Positions 51,595 through 63,645 of a stretch of 64,000 nucleotides of DNA are shown piece by piece. Location: positions 192,001 through 256,000 of the forward strand of contig CAXXWQ010000002.1 in the NCBI GenBank assembly GCA_963674945.2, written 5' to 3'. The stretch is from an uncultured Desulfosarcina sp. Lineage in GTDB: Bacteria > Desulfobacterota > Desulfobacteria > Desulfobacterales > Desulfosarcinaceae. How positions within the stretch are numbered: the stretch's first letter is position 1; every line of letters starts with the position of its first letter. Below the pieces are notes generated by a model that did no database searches, was not told where the DNA came from, and saw nothing but the letters and a program-made list of their open reading frames with translations. The position numbers and the translations under genes were made by a program.

Positions 51595-52170
51595 ATGCAA
51601 GCCAAAGCGATACGATGGTTTTCATTGGGGCTTATCGTAATTGTCACGGTGGCTTCTTCGGTGGATGGATATGAAACGCCGGGGGAAGGCGCGTACTTGC
51701 CTGATTTCGAGCTTGAAGTCCCTCAAAGTCAGACAGCGCGCCAATATCTCGGCCTGTCGGGGGAAGGACGCTTTCGAATTTCCCAGATCATGGCCGATTT
51801 CGTTATCATGGAAATATTCAGCATGTATTGCCCCCATTGCCAACGGGAGGCGCCGACGATGAATGCGTTTTACCACCGCATCGAAAGCTCACCAAAATTG
51901 CGTGACCGGGTAAAACTCATCGGCATCGGTGTGGGCAACTCCCCCTTGGAGGTGGACTTTTTCCGAGAGCAGTACAACGTTCCCTTCCCCTTGTTCGCTG
52001 ACGGCGATTTTGCCATCCACAAGCTGATCGGCGAGGTACGCACACCCTATTTCTTCGGCGTCGCCATTACACCAGATGGTTCGCAGCGGATCTTTTTTTC
52101 CGGGCTCGGCGGTGCAAAAGATGCCCAGGCGCTGTTGGATGAGATGATCCAAAAAACCGGCTTGGAATGA
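51595..52170 (+). CDS. Exported TlpA/ResA-like thioredoxin-fold protein
   Basis: EIFSMYCPHCQREAP, VRTP, signal sequence, AAGGAG RBS. Confidence 0.88.
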   Translation: MQAKAIRWFSLGLIVIVTVASSVDGYETPGEGAYLPDFELEVPQSQTARQYLGLSGEGRFRISQIMADFVIMEIFSMYCPHCQREAPTMNAFYHRIESSPKLRDRVKLIGIGVGNSPLEVDFFREQYNVPFPLFADGDFAIHKLIGEVRTPYFFGVAITPDGSQRIFFSGLGGAKDAQALLDEMIQKTGLE

Positions 52171-52179
52171 GAAAGGAAC

Positions 52180-52788
52180 ATGAGGGCCATGATACCCATT
52201 CACAGGATTGGGCTGGTTACGGCGTGGCTATTGCTGTTTTGGGTGCAACACGCATCCGCAATCTCGGCGTCATTCAAAGACGACATTTACAATCCCGGTG
52301 CGCTGAAACCCATCGACAGCGAAATTCGGGTCGCCGTCGGGGAGGAGGCGCCGGGGTTCAGCTTGCCTTCACTTTCGGGAAGCCGTGTCTCTCTTGCTCA
52401 GTTCAAAGGCAAACAAAATGTTGTGCTCTCCTTCGTGCCGGCTGCCTGGACGCCGGTGTGCTCCGACCAGTGGCCGGGTTATAATATTGCCAAATCGCTC
52501 TTCGATCAGTACGAGGCCGTTCTGCTGGGCATTACCGTGGATAATCTGCCGACCCTCTATGCCTGGACCAGGCAGATGGGACAGCTGTGGTTTCCTGTGC
52601 TCTCAGACTTCTGGCCCCATGGGAAGACCGCGGCAAAATACGGCTTGCTGCGGTCGGACGGCACCAGCGAGCGGGCCCTGATCTTCATCGACAAGCTGGG
52701 CATCATCAGGCATATTCACGTGGAAGACATCAACCGGCGCCCGAAGTTGGAAGTCATCGTCGAGGCCCTGAAGAAGCTTCAATTTTAG
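52180..52788 (+). CDS. Exported AhpC/TSA (AhpE-like) peroxiredoxin
   Basis: FVPAAWTPVCSDQ (PxxxTxxC), SDFWPHG and SERA. Confidence 0.88.
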   Translation: MRAMIPIHRIGLVTAWLLLFWVQHASAISASFKDDIYNPGALKPIDSEIRVAVGEEAPGFSLPSLSGSRVSLAQFKGKQNVVLSFVPAAWTPVCSDQWPGYNIAKSLFDQYEAVLLGITVDNLPTLYAWTRQMGQLWFPVLSDFWPHGKTAAKYGLLRSDGTSERALIFIDKLGIIRHIHVEDINRRPKLEVIVEALKKLQF

Positions 52789-53660
52789 AAATGATATGCT
52801 GGTGGTTTGAACCCCTTCTCCCGGGCCAGCAGATCGAGATGCAAGGTCGCCACCTCCTCCAACGGCAGATGCATGATGCGGTCCACCCGGCGCACATCCA
52901 CGGTTTTCAGATAGGCGTGACACCGGTTGCAGGTGTCGACGCGATACTCGGGTTCGTCCTCGTTGTAGAAGTATTGCAACGTCTTTTGCTCCCGGTTTTC
53001 ACAAAACGGGCAGAAAATCCTCTGGACGGTCCATTTGTGCCGGCAGAAATGGCATACCAGGATGCGATTGCCCTTTTCTCCCAGAATTGCCAAACCAGGT
53101 GCACTGCCGCAAACAGGGCAATCACCCTTGGACCAGGATGCGGTCTTCGGATCATTGCCAAGCAATTGGCGAACATACTCTTTGATGGAAGGTGTAACGC
53201 TGCTGTAAGCAAGAAAAGACAGCACTTCCGCCTGCACTTCGATTTCTTTAGAAAGCGCCTTCATGGGAGCACGGCTGTCGGTGACCAGTTTTTCGAAAAG
53301 CAGATCGATGCAAATGTTGTCACCATCCAACGCCTTCATGATATTGGTCACCGAATCCGCCATCGTCGGATTGGCCTTGCCGGCGATGTGGCACAAACGT
53401 TCGAGCAGGGAAGCGGAGGCGTCGCTGTCGATTGCAAACTGGCGCAGTGAGATCAAAGGAAAACCGGTCTCCAATTTTTTAGACACACCATCCTGTGGAA
53501 ATTGGATCATTGCGGGCATGATCCGATGGCTCGATTCTATCTGGGCGATCAATACCTTGCCATGAAAGTCCAGAATCTCACAGCAAGCCGGCCGAAGCCG
53601 TTTCAACATGGCGATGGCACGGTGGGTTTCCTCCGGCGTGGGAGCAACCTCTGCAGACAT
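52785..53660 (-). CDS. fdhE: Formate dehydrogenase accessory protein FdhE
   Basis: CPVCG, CHFC..W, CPFC and C..C..YLK, downstream of fdhAB. Confidence 0.92.
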   Translation of the reverse strand: MSAEVAPTPEETHRAIAMLKRLRPACCEILDFHGKVLIAQIESSHRIMPAMIQFPQDGVSKKLETGFPLISLRQFAIDSDASASLLERLCHIAGKANPTMADSVTNIMKALDGDNICIDLLFEKLVTDSRAPMKALSKEIEVQAEVLSFLAYSSVTPSIKEYVRQLLGNDPKTASWSKGDCPVCGSAPGLAILGEKGNRILVCHFCRHKWTVQRIFCPFCENREQKTLQYFYNEDEPEYRVDTCNRCHAYLKTVDVRRVDRIMHLPLEEVATLHLDLLAREKGFKPPAYHF

Positions 53661-53708
53661 GTTTCCTCCTTCAGCCACCTGCACGTTCCCATCTCGGGGG
53701 ATGCAGGC

Positions 53709-54428
53709 TTACACGAGGCGGGAAGATAGTTGGATCAGTGGACGCAGCATCCTCTTCAACGCCGCGTGCCTGGTAATGTCGCAGGCAGATCGTGCCGCCA
53801 CTGCATAATCATGGTACAGCCGGGGATTATACGCCGTCAGATAGATGACATTCACATCGTCTGCGTTGAGAAGTTCCGCCTTGGGGTACTTGGATTTGGC
53901 CGCGGACAATTCCCGGTTGGCCAATTCGAGCATGTCATCCCGTTCACCAAAATTCATGCAGCCCGTGGGACAAGTCTTCACACAGGCAGGCTGCAACCCG
54001 TTGGTGACCCGATCGATACACATGTCGCACTTTGCCAGGGTCCCGTCAGTACCCTTTCTGGGGATATTGTAGGGGCAAGAATCGATGATCTCGTCGGCGT
54101 CGAGGTAGCGGGTGTTGGCCGTGTAGACAATGGCACCGGTTGCCGGGTGTCTGTAGATGGCCTCCTCGTCGTTGGCGGTCTCGTAGCAGGGCGCTTCGAT
54201 ACAGTGACGACACTGATCCGGAAAGAAAAGCCACTGGATCTTGCCATCGATTATCTCCTCCTGCATGCGAACGAGTTTGTAGGTATCGAAGGAGAGATCC
54301 TGCGGATTCTGGAAACTTCCGACATTCGTGGTCTTTTCCGCTGGCAGATTATGCCATTGCTTGCAGGCGATCTGGCATCCCCTGCACGCGGTGCAAAGAA
54401 TCGTATTGATAAAAAATGATTTCGGCAT
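53709..54428 (-). CDS. fdhB: Formate dehydrogenase iron-sulfur (beta) subunit
   Basis: CTACRGCQIAC, CRHC.EAPC, CPYNIP and KCDMC..R..PACVKTCP. Confidence 0.93.
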   Translation of the reverse strand: MPKSFFINTILCTACRGCQIACKQWHNLPAEKTTNVGSFQNPQDLSFDTYKLVRMQEEIIDGKIQWLFFPDQCRHCIEAPCYETANDEEAIYRHPATGAIVYTANTRYLDADEIIDSCPYNIPRKGTDGTLAKCDMCIDRVTNGLQPACVKTCPTGCMNFGERDDMLELANRELSAAKSKYPKAELLNADDVNVIYLTAYNPRLYHDYAVAARSACDITRHAALKRMLRPLIQLSSRLV

Positions 54429-54442
54429 TTTGGATCACCTCC

Positions 54443-57400
54443 TCAAATTTTGGTTACATTGACCATAAAGGCTTTGGTTTCGGGGATACGGGTATTGGGA
54501 TCGCCGGTGGATGGCGTCAGCAGATTTGCCGAATCGCCTCCGTCTTCCGGATGCACCCAGCCGTAGTGCCAGGGAAGGCCGACCTGGTGAACCGGGATGC
54601 CCTGTACCTGGAAGGGCCGGAAACGATGGGTCACAATCGCCACCGCTTTCAATTCTCCCCGGGCGGACGTTACCATTACCATTTCGCCGTTTTGAATGCC
54701 CCTTAAATCGGCCAGCTCATGACTCATCTCCACGAACATCTGTGGCTGGGTCTCCAGGAGCCATGGCTGCCACCGCGTCATCACACCCGTCTGCCAGTGT
54801 TCACTGACCCGGTAGGTCGTCGCCACGAAAGGAAATCTTGGATCGCAGGTCTTGTAAACATCCATCTCGGTGCCGTATTTGGGCGCCGTGGGGTTGGTCA
54901 ACTGGCTGGACAGCAGGTTTTTTTCCACCGGACATTCAATGGGCTCGTAATGCTCGGGAAAGGGTCCGTCCGCTCTGCCCGGCCCGAAAATATGGGCGTG
55001 GCCTTCGGGTTTCATGATGAAGGGATAACGGGTGTTGGGATTGGGCGTGCCGTCCGGGTTCAGCATGGGCGGCCAGCCGCCGTCGGGCACGTCTCCAACC
55101 CAACCGCCTTTGCCGCCTTTGGCCGCCGGATCCCATTGGATCACCGGTTGCTCCGAATCCCATGGTTTGCCGTACATGTCTACGGAGGCTCTGTTGTAAA
55201 TGATTCTTCGGTTGACCGGCCAGCACCAGGCCCATTCAAGGTTCAGTCCAATGCCGGACTTTTCGCGGGTGCGTCTGGCCGCCATATTGCCCTTGCTCGT
55301 GTAGGAGTTGCAGTACAGCCAGTTGGCGCTGCTTGTGGTGCCGTCATCCTGCAGATAGGCAAAACTGGGTACGAGATCCCCCTTTTTGAACGCTTCTCCT
55401 TTGATGGTTACGTCTTTCTGGAAATAGCCGTTGATCTCCTTGGCCATTTTGTGGGAATCGAAATGGCCTCCGGTCGTATAGTCCCATTTCAAGTTGAGGA
55501 TCGGTTCCGGAAAAACAGGCGCCTTGCCTTGTTTGAGATCATTTTTGTAGAGCCATTTCACCATGCGCATCAGTTCCACCAGGATTTCACCGTCCGGTTT
55601 GGCTTCTCCCGGCGGTTGTGCGGCCTTGTAGCGCCATTGGCTCCACCGGCCGCTGTTGGTGATGGAGCCCTCTTTCTCCACCGAGGCGGCACAGGGCAGC
55701 ATGAAGACCTCGGTCTTGATGCTCTCAGGATCCATACCGGGTCCCCTCCAGAACGAGCCGGTTTCGTTGTCGAAAAGATTGACGTTGACCAGCCAGTCGA
55801 GATTCGCCAACGCCTTTCTGGTCTTGTTGGCATTGGCGCCCGAGGCTGCGGGATTCTGGCCCCAAGCGAATAATCCGGTGAACTGGTTTTTGTACATGGC
55901 ATCGAAAATATCCAGCCATGAATAGGTTTTGCCGGCATCCAGTTTCGGCATCCAGTCGTAGCCAAAATCGTTGTCCGGCGTGGCGTTGTCGCCGAAATAA
56001 GACTTGAGCAGACTCACCATATATTTGGGTTCGTTCTGCCACCAGTTGGCACTCAACGGATCGGCGCTCTTGGGACGACGGTTGAGATAATCTTTCAGGC
56101 TAGGCCAGTTGGTGCTAGGTGTCGCCAGGTAGCCGGGCCAGATGTGAAAGAGAATGCAGTGATCGGTGGATCCCTGCACGTTGGATTCTCCCCGCAGGGC
56201 GTTCACCCCACCTCCCGCGACGCCCATGTTTCCAAGAAGCAGCTGGATGATGGCCATGGTGCGGATATTCTGAACCCCTACGGTGTGCTGGGTCCATCCC
56301 ATGGCATACATGATCGTTCCAGCCTTGCCTTTTTCTCCCGTGGCGGAGTAGATTTCATAAATTTTCTTCAGATCTTTTTTGGGGGTTCCCGTCGTGGCGG
56401 AGACGGTGTCCAGATCGTAGCGACTGAAATGGGTTTTCAGCTGCTGAAAAACACAACGGGGATCCTGGAGGGTGTGATCCTTCAAGGGAAGTCCGTCGGC
56501 ATCCATGTTGAAAGACCACTTCTTCTTATCGTATTTACGGGTTTTCGGATCATAGCCGGAGAACAGGCCGTCGTCGAAGGCATACGCGTCGCCCAAAATA
56601 AAAGCGGCGTTGGTATACTGGGAGACGTATTCCTTGAAATACTTCTCGTTTTCGATGATGTATTTGATCATGCCACCCAAAAAGGCGATATCGGTGCCCG
56701 ATCTCAATGGGGCGTAAATGTCGGATTTGGATGAAGACCGGGTGAAACGGGGGTCGACATTGATGAGTTGTGCCCCCCGCCGCATCGCTTCGTTGATCCA
56801 TTTAAAAGAGATGGGATGGTTTTCCGCCGCGTTGGAACCCATGATCATGATGGCATCGCTGTTTCGAATATCGATCCAGTGATTGGTCATTGCGCCGCGT
56901 CCGAACGACTCTGCCAGAGCCGCAACCGTTGCGCTGTGTCAGATCCGGGCCTGGTGTTCGATATACACCAGCCCAAGTGACCGCATCATCGCCTGAACGA
57001 GCCAGCACTCTTCGTTGTCCAGCGCGGCGCTGCCCACCTCGGCGATTCCATCGGTGCGATTGACCACTTGGCCCTTTGCGTTCTTGTGGGTGAAACTTTT
57101 GTCCCGGCTGGACTTGATCCGTTGGGCAATGGTCCACAGTGCCCAGTCCCATGACACCTTCCGCCAACTGTTACCGTATGGCTTTCGGTACAATGGCATG
57201 GTCAGACGATTCTCGTTATTGACCAGTTGACGTAAGGCGGCTCCCTTGGAACAAAGCGCCCCCTCGTTGATGGGATGGTCCGGGTCACCCTCAATATTGA
57301 TCACCCTTCCTGCCCCGGTAAGCCCCGTATGCACGATGGCACCGCATCCTACGGCACAATAGCAGCATATGGTCGTCGTCTCACGTGCATACTTCGTCTT

Positions 57401-57514
57401 CAGCATCTGCGCGTGGGCCCTGACCGGTTTGAGATCGAATCCCAGGCTACTCACGGCAACGCCTGCGGCGGTTGCACCAGAGATCTGAATGAATTGTCTC
57501 CGATTTACATTCAT
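54443..57514 (-). CDS. fdhA: Tat-exported Mo/W formate dehydrogenase alpha subunit (FdnG-type), selenocysteine-containing, 1023 aa
   Basis: Track ORFs 56939-57514 and 54443-56890 are in one frame, separated by a TGA at 56939-56941 in HQARI-U-HSATVAALAESFGRGAMTN; Tat motif RRQF; CCYCAVGC. Confidence 0.95.
56905..56923 (-). promoter_or_regulatory. Bacterial SECIS hairpin
   Basis: GCGGCUCU-GGC-AGAGUCGU stem-loop starting 15 nt after the UGA, with G in the apical loop. Confidence 0.75.
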
Positions 57515-57937
57515 CTTGCCTCCTTTCCATGCCTACGTGATGTATGGTTGTTATTCGCGGCCATCGTTACCGATAACAGGCAACGATAGAAGCAAGCCTA
57601 TTTGCATTTGAAATTGCGCCCGCACATCAACAGACACAAATGGCATGTCAGCAGCGATAGAGGATGGGGTAAGACGAAAACAAGAGCGCGAACACTTCGA
57701 TAGGAATAAAAATCGCCGGTACAGTTGGCAGGAGACTCAACGCACTTTGTAGCAAAAACTTGAAAATCGGATGATGGATACTGCTTCTGTAGTTGTTAAA
57801 TCGGAAGATGCGTTTTAACAGATTATATGCCGAAATCTTGATAGGTTGTCAAGGAACCATCGGCGCAACATCAAGGCAACCGTATTTGGCGGATTCATAA
57901 AGGATCATATTATCCTGTTCGTTCCGGTTGGAATGAA

Positions 57938-58963
57938 TCACGAGTCGTTTCGATTGCCTGTAAACATAGCAGCCATGACCTTTTCGTACCAGCCGGAAAG
58001 TCGCCATCCATTCACGAATCCGTTATGGCCGCCATGGTGCTGAACCACCAGGTGGACCGTCTTGCTTTCTCCGGTTTTGTAGAAATCCCCGATGGGGATG
58101 ATGGGATCATCCCGGGCGGTGATAATGGTGGTAGGAACGCGAATGTTTTTGATATTGGAATTGGTGATGGTGTAGTCGTTGAAATAGGCCTTTGCATCGT
58201 CATAGTCACTGTACCTTGCCAAAAGCCGCTCGGTCATTTCGCGGATGCTGTTCAATTGCATCATTGAGGAAAAGTCGTATCGGTCGGGAAATCGCTTTTG
58301 TTTGATCCGAAGGGACCGTCGCCACTTTTTCAGAAAATAGTAGCAGATGAATCGGGTTTTATCGATACGGTCCGTGGTTTTTTCCGGGTCCAGTACCGGA
58401 CTGATGCTCACCACCTGTTTCAATCCCTCGATGGGCAAGGTGGCACAACGTCGGGCGATGCGCAGGGCGAAATTGCCACCCAGGGAAAAACCGGCGAGGA
58501 ACACCGGGTGTGGGGCGGCTATTCCGGCTACCTGGCGGATGGCATCGAACACCTCATCCAGTAAAACGGCGTAGAACATGCCGGTGTTCAGATGATGGCT
58601 GGGGCCATGGTCCCGAAGGTTGAGTCGAAACACATCGAAACCGCAATTAAACAGGAAACGTCCGGTGGTTCGAATATAGGTGGAATCCGAGCTGCCTTCC
58701 CATCCGTGAAGCAGGATGACCACGCCATTGTGATGGGGACGGGGATGGCGGCTCATGTATCCCAACAGGCGGACGTCATTTTCGGTGGTGAGGATCGTTT
58801 CCCGGGAAGCAGTCACCATCGGGTTCCCTCCCAGGGCCCGAAAACGGCTGCTGGCCAGAATGGTCTGGATGGCAGGTGGTCTCAGGAAAAACGGCGGGCG
58901 AAACGGATCCCAATGCGTGTCGGCCGCAAGGGTGTTCGTTTGCGCGTTGTCGTTGTCCATCAT
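57938..58963 (-). CDS. YheT-family alpha/beta hydrolase
   Basis: LHGWEGS, GFSLGG, DDPII and GGHNGF; the ATG overlaps the upstream TGA. Confidence 0.9.
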   Translation of the reverse strand: MMDNDNAQTNTLAADTHWDPFRPPFFLRPPAIQTILASSRFRALGGNPMVTASRETILTTENDVRLLGYMSRHPRPHHNGVVILLHGWEGSSDSTYIRTTGRFLFNCGFDVFRLNLRDHGPSHHLNTGMFYAVLLDEVFDAIRQVAGIAAPHPVFLAGFSLGGNFALRIARRCATLPIEGLKQVVSISPVLDPEKTTDRIDKTRFICYYFLKKWRRSLRIKQKRFPDRYDFSSMMQLNSIREMTERLLARYSDYDDAKAYFNDYTITNSNIKNIRVPTTIITARDDPIIPIGDFYKTGESKTVHLVVQHHGGHNGFVNGWRLSGWYEKVMAAMFTGNRNDS

Positions 58964-59232
58964 CCGGCACCCAGTTTCTTCAGGGCGGCGGCCATCTCTT
59001 CTTCGGATATGCGTTTGAGCATCCGCTGCGTGCACCGGGGGCACCGGCTTCCCGTAAGATCTTCACGGGTGCGGGTGAGATGGCCGCAGTTCATGCACTG
59101 CCATGGATCACCGGCGTTCTTATCCCTCGCGGTGGCACTGATCAGTGGCGCCATGCAGGCCTGGATGGCCGTCAGCGAGAAAAAACCCAACATGCCCGAT
59201 ACGATCTTTTTCACAAAATTCCGTCGTGTCAT
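58960..59232 (-). CDS. Small protein with twin-arginine-like signal and a CxxC...CxxC ribbon
   Basis: MTRRNFVK, hydrophobic stretch ending QAC, WQCMNCGH...RCPRC; GAGG RBS. Confidence 0.7.
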   Translation of the reverse strand: MTRRNFVKKIVSGMLGFFSLTAIQACMAPLISATARDKNAGDPWQCMNCGHLTRTREDLTGSRCPRCTQRMLKRISEEEMAAALKKLGAG

Positions 59233-59453
59233 AGAAACCTCGTAACCCTTAAAATGGATATGACAGAAAACAAGCTGTGCGCGATTAGCAGCATGATTTT
59301 TAAAATGGCTGAAATTCTGCATGTAAACCAATGGGTGGTTGTTTGAAACAACCGATAGATGCCCGGCACATAAATGCTATCAGCTCATTGCTAAGAGCTC
59401 ACCTTACCAGCCCTGGAAATCACAGGTCAACAACCAACGCGACCAGGCCCTTC

Positions 59454-59589
59454 TTCTAAGGAACTCGGTCATTATTACAAATTAAAAAAATTTAATAAAA
59501 AGCGTTTCCCATTCAATTCATCGACCCAAAAATACAAAAAACGCGCTTCTTTCGTACTACTGTTTTGCCATCGTTGGCCTGGAAAAGCT
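59454..59589. repeat. AT-rich dispersed repeat, family C copy 2
   Basis: Direct-orientation match to 2843-2977. Confidence 0.85.
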
Positions 59590-59752
59590 ATTTGGCAAGA
59601 CGGCATTTCTATTGACAGAAACACGATTTTCGACGTACAAGCCAACGTTGAGGAACCGGTTATCATATCCGTATCGTCAACCCATGCCTGCGGATGGAGG
59701 GTGGTCGGAAACTGGCGGCCCGGATCACATTTTCACCAAGGAGGAACCTTAC

Positions 59753-61129
59753 ATGAAAGCGAGAAGCATACTTCTGACCAAAGACGAGATCCCGAAAAAG
59801 TGGTACAATATTCTGGCCGACATCAAATTGAATCCGCCCCTGGGACCCGATGGAAATCCTGTGTCGCCGGATATGCTGGCTCCGGTGTTTCCCATGAATC
59901 TTATCGAGCAGGAGGTGAGTTCGGATCGGTGGATCGACATCCCGGAACCGGTGTTGGATGTACTGGCCCTCTGGCGGCCTTCGCCCTTGACGCGCGCGAC
60001 GGCTTTCGAGAAAGCGTTGGATACGCCTGCGAAGATCTACTACAAACACGAAGGGATGAGCCCCCCGGGCAGTCACAAACCCAACACGGCCGTTCCTCAG
60101 GCGTACTATAATAAAATTTTCGGTATCGAAAACATCACCACCGAGACCGGTGCCGGTCAATGGGGCAGTGCCCTCTCTTTCGCGTGTGCACAGTACGGGT
60201 TGAACTGCAAGGTCTACATGGTGAGAATCAGTTTCGATCAAAAACCCTATCGCAAAGCCATGATGGAAACTTGGGGTGGAAAGTGCATTGCCTCGCCCAG
60301 CAGTGAAACCAAAGCCGGTCGAGAGGCGTTGGAGAGAGATCCCGATACGCCCGGCAGCCTGGGCATCGCCATCTCCGAGGCCGTTGAGGCCGCGGTCAGC
60401 GATACCAGCGGGAAAACCCGGTACTCTTTGGGCAGCGTCCTCAACCACGTCATGCTCCACCAGACCGTCATCGGCTTGGAAGCCAAAAAGCAATTTGAGA
60501 TTGCCGGCGAATACCCGGACATCGTCATCGGTTGCGCCGGAGGCGGCAGCAACTTCGCCGGCCTGGCCTTTCCCTTCGTTCTGGACAAGATCAATGGCAA
60601 ATCCATCGAGATTTATCCGGTGGAGCCCAAGGCCTGTCCTTCCATGACCCGGGCACCTTTTGCCTATGATCACGGTGATACCGCCGGTTACACGCCTCTT
60701 TTGCCCATGCACAGCCTCGGACACAATTTTGTGCCGGCGCCTATCCATGCTGGAGGATTACGGTATCACGGCATGGCGCCCACGGTCAGCCAGTTGGCCA
60801 ACGAGGGGTTGATCACACCCAAATCGGTGGGCCAGATGGCTTCCTATGAGGCCGGTGTCCTCTGGGCCCGCACCGAAGGGTTTATCCCCGCACCGGAAAC
60901 CACAAACGCCCTGGCCCAGGTGGTGGCGGAAGCGAAGCTGGCCAAAGAAGAGGGCAAGGAGAAAACCATCGTGGTCAACTTCAGCGGACACGGCCTTCTT
61001 GACTTAGGGGCTTACGAAAAATATTTCTCGGGAGAACTCTTCGATTATACACTGGATGATGCCGATATCGAGAAATCCACAGAAGTTCTCAAGAACTACC
61101 CCAAACCGCAGGACTTAAAGAGTATCTGA
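59753..61129 (+). CDS. trpB2: TrpB-like PLP enzyme (TrpB2)
   Basis: [25 protein letters not shown] and [19 protein letters not shown]. Confidence 0.95.
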   Translation: MKARSILLTKDEIPKKWYNILADIKLNPPLGPDGNPVSPDMLAPVFPMNLIEQEVSSDRWIDIPEPVLDVLALWRPSPLTRATAFEKALDTPAKIYYKHEGMSPPGSHKPNTAVPQAYYNKIFGIENITTETGAGQWGSALSFACAQYGLNCKVYMVRISFDQKPYRKAMMETWGGKCIASPSSETKAGREALERDPDTPGSLGIAISEAVEAAVSDTSGKTRYSLGSVLNHVMLHQTVIGLEAKKQFEIAGEYPDIVIGCAGGGSNFAGLAFPFVLDKINGKSIEIYPVEPKACPSMTRAPFAYDHGDTAGYTPLLPMHSLGHNFVPAPIHAGGLRYHGMAPTVSQLANEGLITPKSVGQMASYEAGVLWARTEGFIPAPETTNALAQVVAEAKLAKEEGKEKTIVVNFSGHGLLDLGAYEKYFSGELFDYTLDDADIEKSTEVLKNYPKPQDLKSI

Positions 61130-61395
61130 TGGAACCCGATGGTCTCGAACGCAGATGTCCCCGACTGGGCGGCGAAGTAAATTTTGGTTACTGCCAGACT
61201 TGCGGTGAGAATCGAATCCCCTGTTTTAAGATCTTCGACTGTTGGTGGGAACGTTTTGATGTTGTGGCTTATTTGAAGGCCCACCTTTCCCCAAAAGCCT
61301 TCGAATCCCTATCCAAAAGCACCCGCCCGCCGGACAAGGTGGCCAGCCTGGTGGATCTGATACAACAGGCCCAGAAGAGGGCGGAAACGAAGTAA
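61129..61395 (+). CDS. Small Cys-rich hypothetical protein, translationally coupled to trpB2
   Basis: TGATG overlap; RRCPRLG..V.F.YC...PC.KI.DCW. Confidence 0.75.
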   Translation: MEPDGLERRCPRLGGEVNFGYCQTCGENRIPCFKIFDCWWERFDVVAYLKAHLSPKAFESLSKSTRPPDKVASLVDLIQQAQKRAETK

Positions 61396-61464
61396 TATAC
61401 GGGTGAAGACGGCCTGCCTTTTTGTTCTCCATGGAAGGGGATACGCTGCGGGCGCGGGAAATTA

Positions 61465-61587
61465 CAGGAGACAGAAGCCAGAATTCAGGAGTCAGAAGAA
61501 TATTGAAGTCGCTTCGCTCCGTCGATTGGATAAGAGGGATCTATCCGAAGGCGGATACCTTATTCTGGATTCTGACTCCTGGATTCT
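61465..61587. repeat. Heptamer-flanked element, family D2 copy 2
   Basis: CAGGAGA CAGAAGC CAGAATT CAGGAGT CAGAAGA, core GTCGCTTCGCTCCGTCG, hairpin TATCCG-AAGG-CGGATA, then inverted heptamers. Confidence 0.8.
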
Positions 61588-61659
61588 CGTGGCAATTCTA
61601 CAGTAGAAATATTTATTTTTTGATTTAGCCCAGAGAAATTAGTTTTTTTTGACCGAAAA

Positions 61660-61707
61660 AGAAAAGCCATACCCACCCATTGAAGAATGGGTGGGTATGG
61701 CTTTTCT
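61660..61707 (-). terminator. Intrinsic terminator of groEL (probably bidirectional)
   Basis: Perfect 22-bp inverted repeat AGAAAAGCCATACCCACCCATT-GAAG-AATGGGTGGGTATGGCTTTTCT with A/T tails. Confidence 0.85.
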
Positions 61708-61725
61708 ACTTACAGACGATACTGA

Positions 61726-63357
<1,632 letters not shown>

Positions 63358-63645
63358 TTATCCGATTACTCCCAAAATATCGTCCTCACGCATAAAAAGG
63401 TGTTCCACATTATCGATCTTGATTTCGGTTCCGGCATACTTGGAAAAGAGTACCCGGTCACCGGTCTTGACATCCATGGGCACCCGGTTTCCTTTTTCGT
63501 CGCACTTTCCGGGACCGGTCGCCACCACTTTGCCTTCCATGGGTTTTTCTTTCGCCGTGTCCGGGATGATGATACCGCCGGCCGTTTTCTTTTCCTCTTC
63601 CTGGCGAACAACAAGAATTCTGTCATTCAAGGGCCTTACCTTCAT
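63358..63645 (-). CDS. groS: Co-chaperonin GroES
   Basis: [21 protein letters not shown] and KYAGTE. Confidence 0.98.
   Translation of the reverse strand: MKVRPLNDRILVVRQEEEKKTAGGIIIPDTAKEKPMEGKVVATGPGKCDEKGNRVPMDVKTGDRVLFSKYAGTEIKIDNVEHLFMREDDILGVIG

Noticed and set aside
51110..51625. 171-aa minus-strand ORF
   Set aside because: It overlaps the tlpA start and promoter region and has no protein-like features; only the last 18 codons have a proper SD.
57563..57587. ATCGTTACC-N7-GGCAACGAT dyad upstream of fdhA as a ModE site
   Set aside because: It lacks the TATAT core and spacing of ModE boxes; it could still be another operator but this is unsupported.
59363..59378. CCGGCACATAAATGCT as a sigma54 promoter
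   Set aside because: GG-to-GC spacing is 9, not the required 10.
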